Source of the DNA: Eukaryota sp. TZLM1-RC
Lineage: Eukaryota; Protista; Metamonada: BaSk clade
Assembly: GCA_040285825.1 (NCBI GenBank)
Contig: JAUPSS010000005.1
Location: 1,798,001-1,862,000, forward strand
DNA: 64,000 nucleotides
Direction: 5' to 3'
The notes beneath the pieces were generated by a model. The model was not told where the DNA came from. It did no database searches and was given only the letters and a program-made list of their open reading frames with translations. Below, in pieces: positions 60,603 through 64,000 of this stretch (position 1 is its first letter; each line of letters starts with the position of its first letter). The position numbers were made by a program, and so were the translations under genes.

Positions 60603-63600
60603 ATATTGACCAATGGTTGTTTATTACAATCATTGGTCAAATCTTTAAAGTCCATTTTGGGACAATTAATATAACAATTGTGGTGTTAAAGTCCGTGCTA
60701 TGGTCATTTGAGTAGTCATTGGTATGATTGGTTGAATGGTCATTGGTATGATTAGATGAGTTGCATGTAGTCTTTATGTACTAGATGTGATCAACTTGTG
60801 ATCAAACTTTGTGTGAAATTGTGTGTTAGTAATGTTGGCTATGTGTTACTTGATCAGTACAAACTCATGATTACATTTTCAAATGATTTTGTATATATTT
60901 GAATTAATTGAGTGTATTAATTTTTAAACATTAAATTGTAAAAAAGTAAAAAATCAAAAGTATACAATTGAATGTTGCAAACTAATAAAACAATTGCTGT
61001 AAGTGTAAGAGTATCGTTTTGATACGATTTACTGAGGCTCATATGAAGTTCCTAGTTTCGTATATTGACCAATGGTTGTTTATTACAATCATTGGTCAAA
61101 TCTTTAAAGTCCATTTTGGGACAATTAATATAACAATTGTGGTGTTAAAGTCCGTGCTATGGTCATTTGATTAGTCATTGGTATGATTGGTTGAATGGTC
61201 ATTGGTATGATTAGATGAGTTGCATGTAGTCTTTATGTACTAGATGTGATCAACTTGTGATCAAACTTTGTGTGAAATTGTGTGTTAGTAATGTTGGCTA
61301 TGTGTTACTTGATCAGTACAAACTCATGATTACATTTTCAAATGATTTTGTATATATTTGAATTAATTGAGTGTATTAATTTTTAAACATTAAATTGTAA
61401 AAAAGTAAAAAATCAAAAGTATACAATTGAATGTTGTAAACTAATAAAACAATTGCTGTAAGTGTAAGAGTATCGTTTTTGATACGATTTACTGAGGCTC
61501 ATATGAAGTTCCTAGTTTCGTATATTGACCAATGGTTGTTTATTACAATCATTGGTCAAATCTTTAAAGTCCATTTTGGGACAATTAATATAACAATTGT
61601 GGTGTTAAAGTCCGTGCTATGGTCATTTGATTAGTCATTGGTATGATTGGTTGAATGGTCATTGGTATGATTAGATGAGTTGCATGTAGTCTTTATGTAC
61701 TAGATGTGATCAACTTGTGATCAAACTTTGTGTGAAATTGTGTGTTAGTAATGTTGGCTATGTGTTACTTGATCAGTACAAACTCATGATTACATTTTCA
61801 AATGATTTTGTATATATTTGAATTAATTGAGTGTATTAATTTTTAAACATTAAATTGTAAAAAAGTAAAAAATCAAAAAGTATACAATTGAATGTTGTAA
61901 ACTAATAAAACAATTGCTGTAAGTGTAAGAGTATCGTTTTTGATACGATTTACTGAGGCTCATATGAAGTTCCTAGTTTCGTATATTGACCAATGGTTGT
62001 TTATTACAATCATTGGTCAAATCTTTAAAGTCCATTTTGGGACAATTAATATAACAATTGTGGTGTTAAAGTCCGTGCTATGGTCATTTGATTAGTCATT
62101 GGTATGATTGGTTGAATGGTCATTGGTATGATTAGATGAGTTGCATGTAGTCTTTATGTACTAGATGTGATCAACTTGTGATCAAACTTTGTGTGAAATT
62201 GTGTGTTAGTAATGTTGGCTATGTGTTACTTGATCAGTACAAACTCATGATTACATTTTCAAATGATTTTGTATATATTTGAATTAATTGAGTGTATTAA
62301 TTTTTAAACATTAAATTGTAAAAAAAGTAAAAAATCAAAAAGTATACAATTGAATGTTGTAAACTAATAAAACAATTGCTGTAAGTGTAAGAGTATCGTT
62401 TTGATACGATTTACTGAGGCTCATATGAAGTTCCTAGTTTCGTATATTGACCAATGGTTGTTTATTACAATCATTGGTCAAATCTTTAAAGTCCATTTTG
62501 GGACAATTAATATAACAATTGTGGTGTTAAAGTCCGTGCTATGGTCATTTGATTAGTCATTGGTATGATTGGTTGAATGGTCATTGGTATGATTAGATGA
62601 GTTGCATGTAGTCTTTATGTACTAGATGTGATCAACTTGTGATCAAACTTTGTGTGAAATTGTGTGTTAGTAATGTTGGCTATGTGTTACTTGATCAGTA
62701 CAAACTCATGATTACATTTTCAAATGATTTTGTATATATTTGAATTAATTGAGTGTATTAATTTTTAAACATTAAATTGTAAAAAAGTAAAAAATCAAAA
62801 GTATACAATTGAATGTTGTAAACTAATAAAACAATTGCTGTAAGTGTAAGAGTATCGTTTTGATACGATTTACTGAGGCTCATATGAAGTTCCTAGTTTC
62901 GTATATTGACCAATGGTTGTTTATTACAATCATTGGTCAAATCTTTAAAGTCCATTTTGGGACAATTAATATAACAATTGTGGTGTTAAAGTCCGTGCTA
63001 TGGTCATTTGATTAGTCATTGGTATGATTGGTTGAATGGTCATTGGTATGATTAGATGAGTTGCATGTAGTCTTTATGTACTAGATGTGATCAACTTGTG
63101 ATCAAACTTTGTGTGAAATTGTGTGTTAGTAATGTTGGCTATGTGTTACTTGATCAGTACAAACTCATGATTACATTTTCAAATGATTTTGTATATATTT
63201 GAATTAATTGAGTGTATTAATTTTTAAACATTAAATTGTAAAAAAGTAAAAAATCAAAAAGTATACAATTGAATGTTGTAAACTAATAAAAACAATTGCT
63301 GTAAGTGTAAGAGTATCGTTTTTGATACGATTTACTGAGGCTCATATGAAGTTCCTAGTTTCGTATATTGACCAATGGTTGTTTATTACAATCATTGGTC
63401 AAATCTTTAAAGTCCATTTTGGGACAATTAATATAACAATTGTGGTGTTAAAGTCCGTGCTATGGTCATTTGATTAGTCATTGGTATGATTGGTTGAATG
63501 GTCATTGGTATGATTAGATGAGTTGCATGTAGTCTTTATGTACTAGATGTGATCAACTTGTGATCAAACTTTGTGTGAAATTGTGTGTTAGTAATGTTGG

Positions 63601-64000
63601 CTATGTGTTACTTGATCAGTACAAACTCATGATTACATTTTCAAATGATTTTGTATATATTTGAATTAATTGAGTGTATTAATTTTTAAACATTAAATTG
63701 TAAAAAAGTAAAAATCAAAAGTATACAATTGAATGTTGTAAACTAATAAAACAATTGCTGTAAGTGTAAGAGTATCGTTTTGATACGATTTACTGAGGCT
63801 CATATGAAGTTCCTAGTTTCGTATATTGACCAATGGTTGTTTATTTCAATCATTGGTCAAATCTTTAAAGTCCATTTTGGGACAATTAATATAACAATTG
63901 TGGTGTTAAAGTCCGTGCTATGGTCATTTGATTAGTCATTGGTATGATTGGTTGAATGGTCATTGGTATGATTAGATGAGTTGCATGTAGTCTTTATGTA
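60533..64000 (+). repeat. ~461-bp satellite, at least 7.5 copies, runs off the window
   Basis: Same unit as the upstream arrays. Confidence 0.98.

Noticed and set aside
52553-64000. Single-base indel variants among satellite units as higher-order repeat structure
   Set aside because: Mostly homopolymer-length changes, not distinguishable from long-read error without the reads.

Overview
This is AT-rich DNA from a divergent, probably flagellated microbial eukaryote (EFHB/CFAP21-like gene, a 32-nt GT-AG intron, divergent eukaryotic rRNA). The window spans the edge of an rDNA locus. Positions 1-28970 are mostly decayed transposons: several CRE-like RLE non-LTR retroelements, five Fanzor (eukaryotic TnpB) remnants, hAT, IS630/Tc1 and MULE-like fragments, and a 1.7-kb non-autonomous LTR element. 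A few host genes sit among them: a long-tailed histone H3 variant/CenH3 candidate, EFHB-like, an EamA-like fragment and small membrane proteins. From 28971 onward is rDNA: about 30 copies of a ~461-bp spacer satellite, ~0.4-kb sub-repeats, a complete 18S-5.8S-28S unit (45249-~50751) and more satellite. Each satellite unit begins with the last ~69 nt of the 28S gene. The main discovery candidate is an intact 1500-aa RLE-type non-LTR retrotransposon (55617-60201). Its architecture is PIP box / zinc fingers / RNase H / zinc fingers / RT / CCHC / RLE. Its 3' end joins the conserved 28S sequence GTTAGTTTTACCCT^ACTGA, about 710 nt downstream of the R2 site, while its 5' end joins spacer satellite rather than upstream 28S. 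All calls come from reading motifs by eye; no searches were run.
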